This document shows positions 37,228 through 48,380 of a stretch of DNA of 64,000 nucleotides, in pieces (the first letter of the stretch is position 1; each line of letters opens with the position of its first letter). This stretch comes from Blepharisma stoltei ATCC 30299 (taxonomy: Eukaryota > Protista > Ciliophora), in contig CBFDEM010000015.1 of assembly GCA_965603825.1 (NCBI GenBank), positions 186,001 through 250,000 of the forward strand, read 5' to 3'. Below the pieces are notes generated by a model that was not told where the DNA came from, did not search any database, and was given only the letters and a program-made list of their open reading frames with translations. Position numbers and translations under genes: made by a program.

Positions 37228-37776
37228 ATGGATGAAGGGTATTTTTCTCCTTACAAAAAGAAGCTGTTTAATAAAAAGTTTAATTCAATGAAATTGCACC
37301 CTTACTTTTCTAAATACACCATTCAAGATGATATTCCTGGAACAAAGCGGTATGGAAAGAAATCGCAATCCCTGTTTAACTCCAAGCTAGAGATTAAGCC
37401 TGAAATATCAAATTTATATTCTGGGATCCCATATAGAAAACTATTTAAAACAAATGCGAAGAAAATAGTTGGCTCATCATTATCTTCGCCTTCGCAAAAG
37501 CACATAAAATCGTATTCCAATAAAAATATCAGGCATATAAAGATCCAAGATGTTTATGATTTCTTGGATAACAATAATGATTTTAAAACAGATAGGAAAC
37601 AAAATAGATATATTTTTGATGAGAAAACAAGCTGTCTTAGATGTGCTTTTCAATTTGATACTCCAGCTCATAAGAGAGATCATCCAAGTCTTGAAAATAT
37701 AATTGAGAGGGCAGACTTTAACAGCCCAAGTTCTCTTTCTTCTATAAGATGCTGGAATATAAAAAATTATCATTAG
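37228..37776 (+). CDS. Hypothetical basic protein (about 182 aa)
   Basis: First ATG (MDEGY) in the long track ORF; ends TAG. Confidence 0.6.
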   Translation: MDEGYFSPYKKKLFNKKFNSMKLHPYFSKYTIQDDIPGTKRYGKKSQSLFNSKLEIKPEISNLYSGIPYRKLFKTNAKKIVGSSLSSPSQKHIKSYSNKNIRHIKIQDVYDFLDNNNDFKTDRKQNRYIFDEKTSCLRCAFQFDTPAHKRDHPSLENIIERADFNSPSSLSSIRCWNIKNYH

Positions 37777-38202
37777 AAGTTTCAATTTTTGAGAGAATTT
37801 TGATGTAAATCGATTTTAATTTTTTAAAGAAGCTTTGGTTAAAAGAGTTTAAACTAATAATTGTTATATTTAGGCCGAGGTAACTTATAAAGTTAAATTT
37901 GAAGAACTTTTAATCTAAATTTAGAGGATCAGCTATATAGCCAGTATAAGCTTGCAGATAAAAAGAGCTACTCTTTTCTTTTTTATTGTAGATTTCCTTA
38001 TTACCTAGATCTTTTAATATCATCTACTTTCTTATTCCACATAGCAAGTGACTATTCATTCGTTATTTATATGTTTCAAATTTTCCAAATAAGAGTTGTA
38101 TCCCAATATAAATTTATAAGAAAACCAATGACCGTAAGTAAACTAATTCCTAATCCTCGCCATAATTAATTACAAGTTTAATCTTTGTTATATTTTCGCA
38201 AT

Positions 38203-39390
38203 ATGAATAGGCGTTCACCGTTTCTCAAAACATTTGACGAATTAAGCCTACGATCCATAAACAAAACTCCTACAAAATCCGCAGAAAAATCCCCAAGCTT
38301 ACCCAAAATGCAAAGCGTCGCAGAAACTCATTTTACTCCTCGAAAAGAAACTTTATCTCTCTACAAAGAAAATCAGCGGCTTAAAAAAGAAAATTCCTCA
38401 TTATCAGAAAGCCTAAAACTTGCCCAAGAAGAAATTAACTACAAAGAAGAATTTTTAAGTGTAATAAATGCAGTTTCTGAAGAAAACTACGATATAAGAA
38501 AACTTTTATTATATAAAGCGAAACTGAGAAAACAAGAAAGACTGGTAAAGCGTATATAGATTATGCTGCTTCAGTTAGCACTTAAATCTCAGAAAGCGCT
38601 GAACTTCGAGATTGAGTCAATGATGTCAAAGATTTATATAATGATAAAAGAGTCTGAAAGACCTGATGAAACTTTGCTGTCTATTAACACTCTAATTAAA
38701 ATTGCAAGAAAAAAGCAAAGAAATGCTGAGTGCAATAGTAAATCAGCATATGCCCAATATATAAATAGAGTTACAGTTGGGAGTATAAAAACTGAAACAA
38801 ATGAGCCTAATTGGTCTCCTGTAATAAAATTAGACGGAAATGATATATTTAAAACAGAAGAAAAATTAACCAGCTTATTAGAAATAATCTCAAACCCTAA
38901 ACATCCTGAGCTTCCTGAAAAATTGAAAGAAGCCAGAAGCTGCCTGTTGAAATTAGGGATCCAGCTGCCCTCCAAAGAAATTGCTGAAGAGCATCTCAAT
39001 TTTCAAGAAATCACCAAAAAATTAATGTCGAAATCAATCCCAACTGGCAAAAATTACGTGAAAGAAGTGATGGGCAAAATTGGCTCAGAAAGAAAGCAGT
39101 TTAAATCTGAAATTGAATTCCTTACAAAAGATTTGAAAAAATACCAAGAAGATTTGGCTCATTATGAAGCTATTGCAAATACATGCAATGATAAAATTAA
39201 TGAGAATAAAATGCAGCTTGGTACTGTGCTAAATCAAGTTTGTGAACCAATAGAATCAATTGTGGCTACTTATGATAACCTGAACTCTGGAGGCGCCATA
39301 TCACAGCTGCTTACCATTCTTAAAACAGCGATTCCACAGCTAAAAGAAGCTTTAGTCTTTAAAAAAGACTTCAATAATATTAAAGTCTAA
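38203..39390 (+). CDS. Coiled-coil protein (about 390 aa, one 15-nt intron)
   Basis: Two in-frame track ORFs joined by intron 38545-38559. Confidence 0.8.
38545..38559 (+). other. 15-nt intron GTAAAGCGTATATAG
   Basis: GT..AG, A10, in-frame terminal TAG. Confidence 0.85.
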
Positions 39391-39419
39391 AAATTCCTGC
39401 ATAAGTTAATTAGAAATAT

Positions 39420-40505
39420 TTACATTTGAATACTAGATGATCTTTGCTTTTGAGGACTAACCGCAGAAGCACTTGACTGTGATCTCATTGGAGAAAATCT
39501 TTTTGGAGAGTTTGGGCAGCTCTTAAAATCAGATTCACGATCAAAAAACTGCCCAGTTGAGTAATAATTTGATTCCAATGACTTTTCGGTCATCATATTA
39601 AGACCGTTTCTGCCTGTACTTTTAATCATAAAAGATGGGAAATGTGGATCTATTGGCCGTGACAAACTTTTTGTTAAGTCTACAACTGGCTGATCTTTAT
39701 CTATTTGTGAAAAGTTTACTGTATAGTATGCAGAATCTACCAGGCACGGATTTGAAAGGGTTTTTCTTTGAGGATATTTTGCGAAATTAAGAATTGGCTT
39801 AGAAGTGTCTGTTCACACCATAGAATGCTTAGGCGAATAAATCGCGGAGTTCAGCACTTCTCTAATAGGATAGTTATGCCCAATCTGCAAGTTAAAGTTT
39901 GGTGTTGCAATTCTTTTAGTTTTTGAAAAAATAGATGGCTTGTCATTGAAAATTTCAAACCTTTTTTCATTTACATCAAAAAGATTTTTTCTGTCTCTTT
40001 TTAGCTGTTTTCCAAAATCAATAGGTCCAGCCGTTTTAGGTAGTGGTTTGTCAACAATCCTAAAATCAATATCAATTTTTTCTTTTTGGACTCTAGACTT
40101 AGAAGTTGGTTCTACTGGCATTGATGCTTCTAAAGTTCTTTGTTTAGTCAAATCAAAGCATAAATTATAGTATCCTGCATGAGGAACATTATCTTTGTTA
40201 CTCTATGTTAAGCTTACAATGGAATGGTAATATTCTTCTCTACCTTGAGCTTTAAAAGCAGGCGAGAGCCGCTTGACCGATCTATATTTATTTTTGCTTT
40301 TGAAGCTTTCGATTGAGCTTAGAAGTTCCATGATCTGTTCAGGTTTTGCTAGCTCTTGGTGAGGGCTTTCTATTTTTCGCAAAGGAAGCTTGGTTTTGTG
40401 GCCGAAAAAGATTTCTTTGCGGTGGGATTTGGCGTTGGAGAATTTTTCATCAAGGGTTTTGCCAAATCTGCTGTATACTTTCGTGTAGCTTTGAGATCGA
40501 TTCAT
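39420..40505 (-). CDS. Basic low-complexity protein, possibly STPG/SHIPPO-like ciliary microtubule-associated (about 356 aa, one 15-nt intron)
   Basis: Three track ORFs joined by intron 40203-40217 and a TGA. VPHAGYYN, YSPK and F.K...R short repeats are typical of this class (inference). Confidence 0.7.
40203..40217 (-). other. 15-nt intron GTAAGCTTAACATAG
   Basis: GTAAG donor, A10, in-frame terminal TAG. Confidence 0.88.
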
Positions 40506-40694
40506 TTTTAATTATTATTTTTTTAGAATAATAGTTTTTAAGATAGCAAAGCTATAATTTTTGCCTTTTAATTACTTTAAATTGAGCTTTTCTTATATGC
40601 TTTTCTTAATTATCCAATAGAAATAGCATAGATCTTGATTTTGCAATAATTTTATAAATTATCTATTTATTTATTTACAGCTTTATTACAAATA

Positions 40695-41378
40695 TTAGTT
40701 GTTAGCTTCTGGATATTTAAATGATGACAAATATTCAGAAATAATTTCTCCTTCTGAATCATCATCAAAATTATCAAATTGTGGAACTTTTATGTCAATT
40801 CTCAATATTTCATGCCGATTTCTTTTAATTGGACTTGGATCTGACTTTCTTTCTTTAGTTTCCGCAACTGTTATAGCTTCAACTTTTTCCTTTGTTATAG
40901 AGAATGGATTATTTAGCGGCTTGACTGTAACTTTAGCTGTTTTAGGTCTCTGCTGTGCTTGGAAAGTAGCTGGCCTTTGTTTTGCTGTACTTGGTCTTTC
41001 TCTTATAAACGTTGTAAATTGCTCTCTTATATTAACAGGGGATTTTAGAAGAAAATCTGCTTTCAATGGTTTTGAGTTCGTAAAATGCTTAGGTGTTATT
41101 GCATGCAAGCTCACATATCGATAATTTAGATTAGATAGTCTTTCACTTACAGGGATTGATGGCTTTCTTTCAAGCAAATTTAGCATAAACTCACTCGAGC
41201 AATAAATTAGTTGCTTTTTATGATTTTCATTCTGTTGCCTGGATGATTTTGCAGAATGAGGAATATTCAAGGTCTTTTTAGAAAAATTCTTTCTTAAAGG
41301 GGAAGCCTTTTTAACTCTAGGTTCATCTAGTGCGTCAAATGTAAAAGATTTTACTTGAATGGCGTGCATATTGGACAT
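40695..41378 (-). CDS. Hypothetical basic protein with RPxTA repeats (about 227 aa)
   Basis: ATG 41378 (MSNMH) to TAA; RPSTA/RPATF/RPKTA repeats. Confidence 0.7.
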   Translation of the reverse strand: MSNMHAIQVKSFTFDALDEPRVKKASPLRKNFSKKTLNIPHSAKSSRQQNENHKKQLIYCSSEFMLNLLERKPSIPVSERLSNLNYRYVSLHAITPKHFTNSKPLKADFLLKSPVNIREQFTTFIRERPSTAKQRPATFQAQQRPKTAKVTVKPLNNPFSITKEKVEAITVAETKERKSDPSPIKRNRHEILRIDIKVPQFDNFDDDSEGEIISEYLSSFKYPEANN

Positions 41379-41562
41379 GAATTTTACATTAAACAAATAA
41401 ATAAATCTAAAATAGAAATTATTTAAATCAACCACTATGCTGCATCTTATTTATTGTAATGGTAAATTACTTTAATTATTATTTTGGTGCTATTTATCTT
41501 TGATAGAAAATAGATAAAAAGATTTGTCTAATAATTTCAGATAATTTATTTCTTGCTGCAAG

Positions 41563-43074
41563 ATGGAAGGTATTTTCTGCGATGATTGCAAAGAAACAAT
41601 AGCTTATTTAAAATGCTTTTGTTTAGAAAGGACTCAATTTTTCTGCAGAAATTGCTTTCCAAAGCATGTATGCCTTCCATATGCTCATAAATCTGGACAA
41701 ATCACTTTGGAGGACTATACTAAACAGCTTATTACGTGTGATGTTTGCAATGGGAAACAGCCAAGCGTTATTTGTGTTTGCCAAGGTAAAAAGCAGCGAT
41801 TGTGCCACAGCTGTATATCATTTCATATAAATCAAGCTCCTGGGATCTCCCATCCGATTGAACCAATTGAAGCCGATGATTTTATTGCCCAAGGCGAAAG
41901 CCTAAGAGACTACATGGAGAGGAAGCTTATCGTGGATTATCTGATTAATGAGGCAAGAACCAATATAAAGGACTTAGAAAAATATAAAACAAAGCTAGAT
42001 GAGATAAAAATTACATTAATTGACCATATAGAAATGGCTTATGGAAAACTACTAAATGAAATCAACGAAGCTGAAAACCACATAGAAAACCTGATAAAGC
42101 ACATCGAAACCCGCGCTTATAAAAAAGATCTCGAAGACGGCGATTGAGCAGACAACATAATAAAATACTGCAAGCTTTCCAATTTGCACATAATGTCAAA
42201 AAGATTAAAAATCGTCCATCCCGAAATAAATTTACAGCAAGCCCAAGAAGCCATTAATAACATAGGCAAAATAAATTTCATAAAAGACCCATCAAAACTT
42301 CTCCCCACAATCCATTTTTTCAAGAAAATTGAAAAAGAGTTCAATTTATTTTTATATGAAGTAGGCTCAGACATCCACAAGCCTATCAAAATAAAAGTCC
42401 CTCATCATCTTAATTTAAGAATGAGTGGAGGGTGATGTGAGCTTCCATCAGGGCAAATCTTTTATGCTGGCGGCAAGGAAAACAGTACGACTTACATTTC
42501 TGAAGCATTTTTAATCCAAATCCCATCGCTTGAATTTTCAAAGCTTCCTGACATGAGATATGCAAGATCTTTCCCTGGAGTGGTTTACCACAGAGATGCA
42601 GTTTACGTTTTTGGAGGAGAAAATGATAATGGAAATCTAAAAAGATGCGAAAAATATGATTTAATTGAGAAAACTTGGATGGACTTGCCAGATATGCAGT
42701 CTATGAGAAGTGCATTTACAATATCAATCCTAAATGACAAATTCTATATAATAGGTGATTCAAGAGTAATAGAAATATTTGACCCAGAAACAAATACATT
42801 TAGTAGCAGTCCTATAAACATGCCTGAATCAAGCTCATATACAACAACAGTCTATATTGCTGGGTTTTTATTTGTATTTCAAGATAATTCTTGTTGACAA
42901 ATAGATCCAGTTGGAGAAACAATCGAAAAAATCGGTGACATTCCAAAAAGCCAATGGTGATGCCAGTTCCCTCCTGTTGTAGCTGGGCATCATTCTTTTT
43001 TTACAAGAACTGACCAAACACTTTGGAGATTTGATTCTGAGAGGAAAATTATAGATAAAGTGTTAAGATTCTAG
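41563..43074 (+). CDS. B-box-like zinc finger, coiled-coil and Kelch propeller protein (503 aa)
   Basis: Two CxxC..CxC..CxxC..H units, coiled coil, Kelch repeats (VYVFGG...CEKYD...W); four in-frame TGA=W; ends TAG at 43072-43074. Confidence 0.88.
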
Positions 43075-43092
43075 GAATAATAAATTTCACAT

Positions 43093-43566
43093 TTATTTAT
43101 TGTCTTCTAATGATTTTACATTTTTTTGGGCTTTTTCTTGGTCTTCAGATATTTTTTTTTCTTTTTCGATTTCTTTGGAAACTTCCATGGCTTTCATTTG
43201 TGCCCAGAAATCTCGATTTACAATGTCTTTGGGTGCTTCAAATTTGTTATCGAGATCAATGTGCTTATCTCTTTCATGAACTGGAACTCCAGTTTCAATA
43301 TCATTTACACAGCATTGGCAAACGTGCTTGCTTCTTGCACAGACTTGGCAGATTTCGGTCCTTCTGAATCGTTCACGAGCTGTTGGTCTTCATCTGAATA
43401 CAGTGTATGGTCTTTCACATACCCTGCAAGCGCGGTCAAAGTGGGTTTTCATCATTCTTATGTATTTGTTTTGTCCTAAGCAAGCTGTGCATACGATTGG
43501 AAAGTCTGCTTCTTCCCATGTCTGCTTGTTTGAGTCTCCACGAAGTCCAAGATGCCTTTCTCCCAT
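43093..43566 (-). CDS. RBM22: Pre-mRNA splicing factor RBM22/Slt11/Ecm2, N-terminal zinc domain only (157 aa)
   Basis: Not in the ORF track. MGERHLG...QTWEEADFPIVCTACLGQNKYIRMMK...CRVCERPYTVFR[TGA=W]RP...RFRRTEICQVCARSKHVCQCCVNDIETGVPVHERD...PKDIVNRDF matches the RBM22 N-terminus. Ends TAA at 43093-43095. Confidence 0.92.
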
Positions 43567-43678
43567 TTATTATTTCAATATTATGCAGTTTTTACTTTTT
43601 AAGAAATAATTTCAATATATAACTAAAGCGTTATAATTTTCGTAATCATTTGCTATCTGATTTGATAAAGTTTAATAA

Positions 43679-44050
43679 ATGGTGAAAGTTAAAGCATACG
43701 AGCTTAGAAAGAAGGACCAAGAAGCGCTAAAGAAACAGCTTGAAGAACTTAAAACAGAGCTTTCACACTTAAAAGTTGCAAAAGTTGCTGGTGGTGCACC
43801 ATCCAAACTGTCTAAAATAAAAGTATTCAGAAAAGATGTGGCAAAAGTCCTAACCATTATCCATGAAAAGAAAAGAGATCAAATAAAAGCTGACAGTAAA
43901 GGCAAAAAGTATTTACCATACGATATCAGACATAAATTGACAAGAGCGATCAGATTAAGACTAACAAAAGAGCAAGCCAAAAAACTCCCACTGAGGATTT
44001 TGAAGAAGAAATTAAACTTCCCAAAAAGAAAATTTGCAGTCGCTAATTAA
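43679..44050 (+). CDS. RPL35: 60S ribosomal protein L35 (uL29)
   Basis: KVKAYELR...LKTELSHLKVAKVAGGAPSKLSKIK...AKVLT...YLPYDIR.KLTRAIR...FPKRKFAV. Confidence 0.97.
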   Translation: MVKVKAYELRKKDQEALKKQLEELKTELSHLKVAKVAGGAPSKLSKIKVFRKDVAKVLTIIHEKKRDQIKADSKGKKYLPYDIRHKLTRAIRLRLTKEQAKKLPLRILKKKLNFPKRKFAVAN

Positions 44051-44357
44051 TTTATTATTAAGAGCATTTATACAGTCTTTTAATAATAAATTTAGATATG
44101 GAAATGGAGCAATAATGATTAATAAAAGCTCATAAAAAATAAAGCTAATATTTTGATATTATTCTAGCTTCAAAAACGTAGTTAAATATTTTTAAGCCAT
44201 ACTCTTGTGATTTAATATGCCAAATTTATTTGGAGCGTCTATATCTGATATTTCTTCCTGATCTAGCTATGAATCTAAACATCATAATTTGCTTCAATTC
44301 AGCATTTCTTTATTGCTACACATTTAATCAATACTTTCAACATTTTTCCATTATGAA

Positions 44358-46996
44358 ATGTTAAATACCCAAGGACATCAATCCCCAGTAAAGCTCGTAC
44401 CGTTAATAAGAAGGCGCACCAGTCGAAAAATCCGATATATCACCCCGACTAAACTCACCCAAGACATTTCTTCATCAAGACAAACAGTTGGACAAAGTTT
44501 AGAAGATTTGAGGAGAAGTGTATCTCCTTTTTCTCCTGAAAAGTACAGTACAAAATTTGCCTTTTACGAAGGCTATAAACGGATTAACACAAATTCATAT
44601 GCAAGACTAGAGAACTCGTCTCCTCAAGTCAGCTATCTAAAAGAACTGTCTCGATCTCATAAAAAGCCGGAAACTCTTAGGCTGTTTCATGATGAGGAAG
44701 AAAATGTAAGGTCTCTGTCTATCAATGAATATGGGATAGGGGATGCATTTGCAACTGTTTTCTCAGCTGCTATAAAAGATCTCCCAAGACTGGAGAAATT
44801 AAACTTAAAAAATAACAGACTTAGAGATCAAGGTGCAGTTAGCATTATTTCCAACATAAACTCTCAGAATTTAAAATACCTTGACCTTTCTGGAAATTTG
44901 TTAGGCTCTAAAAGTATTTCTGCGTTAGCAGGGGTGCTTAAAAGTAACAACTGCTCTTTAGAAGTGCTAAAATTAGAAAGCACCAAAATATCAAGTGAAT
45001 CTATCAAAGTGATGACAGAAGCATTATATTATAATGCAACCCTAAGGCATTTAAACCTTGCTAAAAACAACCTTAACGAAGTAGCTGGAATTCATCTAGG
45101 AAAATTAATTTTTTATAATCGATCGCTCATAAGCTTAGATTTACATTGAAACTACATCAGAGGAGAAGGCGCAATTGGAATTTTTAAAGGACTAATAGAC
45201 AACACAAATTTGCAAGGTCTAGATTTATCATGAAATTCAATGGGAAACGATAAAATACATAAAACATCAATAGCGCTTTCAGAAGCTCTGGCTCAAAATG
45301 AAAGGTTAAAGCATTTCGATCTGTCGAATAATTACATCACTTTTGAAGAAAGCAAAGATATAGCCAAGGGATTGAGCTTAAATCATACATTGATAGGATT
45401 TCATATTGAAGGGAATCATTGTGTTTTAGATGCTTTTGGGTATATCCATCCAAAAAATAATACTTTCAAAGAAAAATATGACCATTTTGCATCGAGAATT
45501 CTGACTAGGACAAATTTCAGAAAAATCAATAGAAATTGCTGGATTTGTGAAGGATGGACTGACTTGAAAATTACCTGGAATCCAGCTTGCATTGTATGGA
45601 ATAGGAGGCTTAAACATTTTGCTATGGATAAATTAAGCACACAGACAGAGCCTGTTTTTGTACATTTTGAAATTGATGATTTTCAGCCTCATCTTTTGAC
45701 TAAAACAGAAGATGGGACATATGAGGCACTTCGAGCTGTAAAAACTGGGAAAGTCCGCTTTTTCTTTAGCTATAGAGGATTTGCACAGATTTCAAGTCAA
45801 TTTAAGGTAGAAGCTTTAGGAGAAAGATTGGAAAGAAATTTTCATTTTTATGGAAATTATTCCAAAACCTTGCTGGTTGTTGTGGTTAATTATATTGATG
45901 TAGAGGATAATGGCCTAACTGTAGCTCCTCGTCCTATTTTTGAAGAATATGTGCCACCTCCTGGGGATAAGCCTGAGCCTGATATTCCTGTTTGGTCTTT
46001 AGAAACTTCAATATTTGCGAAATACATAACTGATACATCTGTAATTTTAATGTAGGAACTCCTTGATCGGTGCTTTGAATTTGATTGGGCTAATACCAAA
46101 ATTCATAATATTATTAAAAATGGGGAAATGCTCAATCATGTAAAAGAATTTCTTAGGAGAGAATACAAGATAATGTAATAGTCAAATAGAGATATGAAAC
46201 TTATAAGTATCATGCATCGATTGGGAACAGAAATAATATTTTCCTTGTGAATTCAATGACATTAACAGAGATTTTCCAAAAGTGCAGTGTTTTTGATAAA
46301 CAGTTTAAAATCTCTGATATGGATTTGCATATTAAGGCAGCAAATTTCACAAATCAAGCAGCAGCACAAGGAAACCCAGCATTTGGGGCTATTAGGCATG
46401 AGTTTTTGGAAATAATAGTAAGATCAGCTCTTGATAAATATATGAGGTCAGGAGTTTGCGGAGATGAAATTACTGCTATTAAAAGATTCATGGAAGATAT
46501 TAGGCCATATTTCAGAAATTTTGATGCAAATAAATGAAGGTGGGAGCGGTATTTCAATGAAGATTGTGATGCCATCATTCAAAATAACAAAGATCTACTA
46601 GAAGCTGTATATGAAGCCAATAGTGGAAAGTTTTCTATGCCTGGAGATCGCAGATTTATGGTCTTAGATGAGTTTTTAGCACTTTGTCAAAAAGTGGGCC
46701 ATATAAATGAAAAAGTCAATGCAAGGCAAGCAATCATTTGTTATCATCTAGCAATGATGACCCAAGTTGACGAAATTAACTTAAAACTCCATATGCAAGC
46801 TTCGTTTTTAGAGTTTTTAGAAGCCTGGGCAAGATTGACTGATATTCAAGAATCTGATAATCCGGAAGCAGATATTTTCAAAGTTTATTCAGTAGAAGAT
46901 ACACCTCTTGATGAAAAATTGGAAAATTCATATGTTGAGTTTGCAGTGTTTAAGAATCCAAGAAGAATGAGAAAGCTTCTGACATCTATAAGATAA
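44358..46996 (+). CDS. RNI-like LRR protein with C-terminal EF-hand-like helical region (about 868 aa; one 15-nt and one 17-nt intron)
   Basis: LRR repeats with LDLH[W]N and LDLS[W]N at TGA codons, NCWICEGW motif, C-terminal RHEFLEIIVR and FLEFLEAWAR; introns 46041-46055 and 46175-46191. Confidence 0.85.
46041..46055 (+). other. 15-nt intron GTAATTTTAATGTAG
   Basis: GT..AG, A10, in-frame terminal TAG. Confidence 0.88.
46175..46191 (+). other. Candidate 17-nt intron GTAATAGTCAAATAGAG (tandem TAG/AG acceptors)
   Basis: Contains in-frame TAA TAG. The downstream frame is offset by 2, so the distal AG is needed to give ...EYKIIYETYKY... Confidence 0.7.
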
Positions 46997-47090
46997 TTAT
47001 ATAGCTATTTTTGACTTTTTTTTTGAACAAATAAAACTATTTAATTTTCATTACGCAGCCATTAAAATTTGATTTTAATAAATTTCCCTA

Positions 47091-47240
47091 AGCTTAAGAC
47101 ATGATAAAAGAGGGCAGTTTTGCCAGTCGAAAAATTTTTAATTCTATTTAATAGGGTTTTACGTATTCCATTTATTTCCAATTCTAATGATTATAAATAA
47201 TTTATGCAAATATACGAAAGCAAAATATAAGGATTTATTT
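47091..47240 (+). repeat. Non-coding upstream module, copy 1 (diverged direct repeat; other copies at about 47979-48140 and 51218-51330)
   Basis: Shared blocks gcttaag..atgataaaa..gggca, aatagggtttt..acgt.ttccatttatttcca, aatttatgcaaa, ataagga. Confidence 0.75.
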
Positions 47241-47783
47241 CAATTTTAATGAATGTCTTGGCAGTTACACCAAAACAATTATTTTTATCTATAGGCATGT
47301 GAATCATGTCCGGGTAGTTTTTTGTTCTGCCACGATACATTTTTTCATGAGTCAATCCAAGGGCTATAAGAATTCGCTATAATAATTACATAATTTAGAT
47401 TAATAGTGTAATTGGAACCTAAAAGAAGAATTTTGGGTAGAGTTTTCAACGCTAGAGTTTGTGCAAGAAAGTGGCTGAATAAGCTTCCCAACAGATATTG
47501 ATTTCAGAATTTTGGTAACGACTGCTTAAATTGGTATAAGTTTTAATTGGTACTTAGGGCAACTCAAGCCTTAACCAAATCAAGATTTAGAGGGTTGAAA
47601 TAATCTCCAACGCTCTCTACAATTAAATCTAATCTAAATAGAGAATCCGTAAAATTGAATCTATTTAATTAATAGCAATCTAATAACTTGTAAAATCTAA
47701 AAGTATAGAGGAACAATTTCAAAATGGGAATATAAGAAATAAATTCATTTTATAATTAAATCATATTTCGATAAATTAAAATT

Positions 47784-47870
47784 GTAGCTATAATATAGCA
47801 GTCTCACAGAGCTCCTCTCATCACGTACAGTACTCGTCTTCAATTGTATCACGATGCAACCCGAACTTAT
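47784..47870 (+). pseudogene. 5' fragment of a decayed MIR-gene copy
   Basis: gtagctataata...gtctcacagagctcctctcatcacgtacagtactcgtcttcaattg aligns with the start of the intact gene (gtggctataata...atgtctcacggaactcctcccgtcacatacggtgctcgtcttcagcta); ATG lost. Confidence 0.75.
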
Positions 47871-47978
47871 CATATGCACTATTTTTCTTTTATAAATTAT
47901 TCAATTTTCATTTAGATTAAAGAAAGAGGAGCAGCTAGCCAATAAAGTTGTATTAAAAAGTATAAAGGACTTGCCTAT

Positions 47979-48350
47979 GCTTAAGGATGATAAAAAGGGC
48001 ATTTTTATTAATCTTAAATTTTAATTTTCTTTAAATAGGGTTTTAACACGTGTTCCATTTATTTCCAATAATGACGGTTTTAAAAACTTTAGATAAATTT
48101 ATGCAAACATTGCGGAAATATAGCATAAGGATATTTTACAAAAATTTTTATAATTTTGATTCGATTTTTCATTTATTATAAAATACACAAAAAAAATATT
48201 TTTTTTTTAAATTTTGTTTGATTAGAGAAATTGCAAATCAAAGTCTAAATTATTTATCAAATATCTAAGAAATAGCAAAATCTTAGAAAAACAAAGAGAG
48301 CAACCTAAAATGAGAAATAAATTCCATTTTACTATTAAACATATTTTCGC
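47979..48350 (+). repeat. Non-coding upstream module, copy 2 (promoter region of the intact MIR gene), with palindrome AACACGTGTT at 48045-48054
   Basis: Aligns with 47091-47240 and 51218-51550. Confidence 0.75.
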
Positions 48351-48380
48351 CATTTAAAATAGTGGCTATAATATTTAAAT

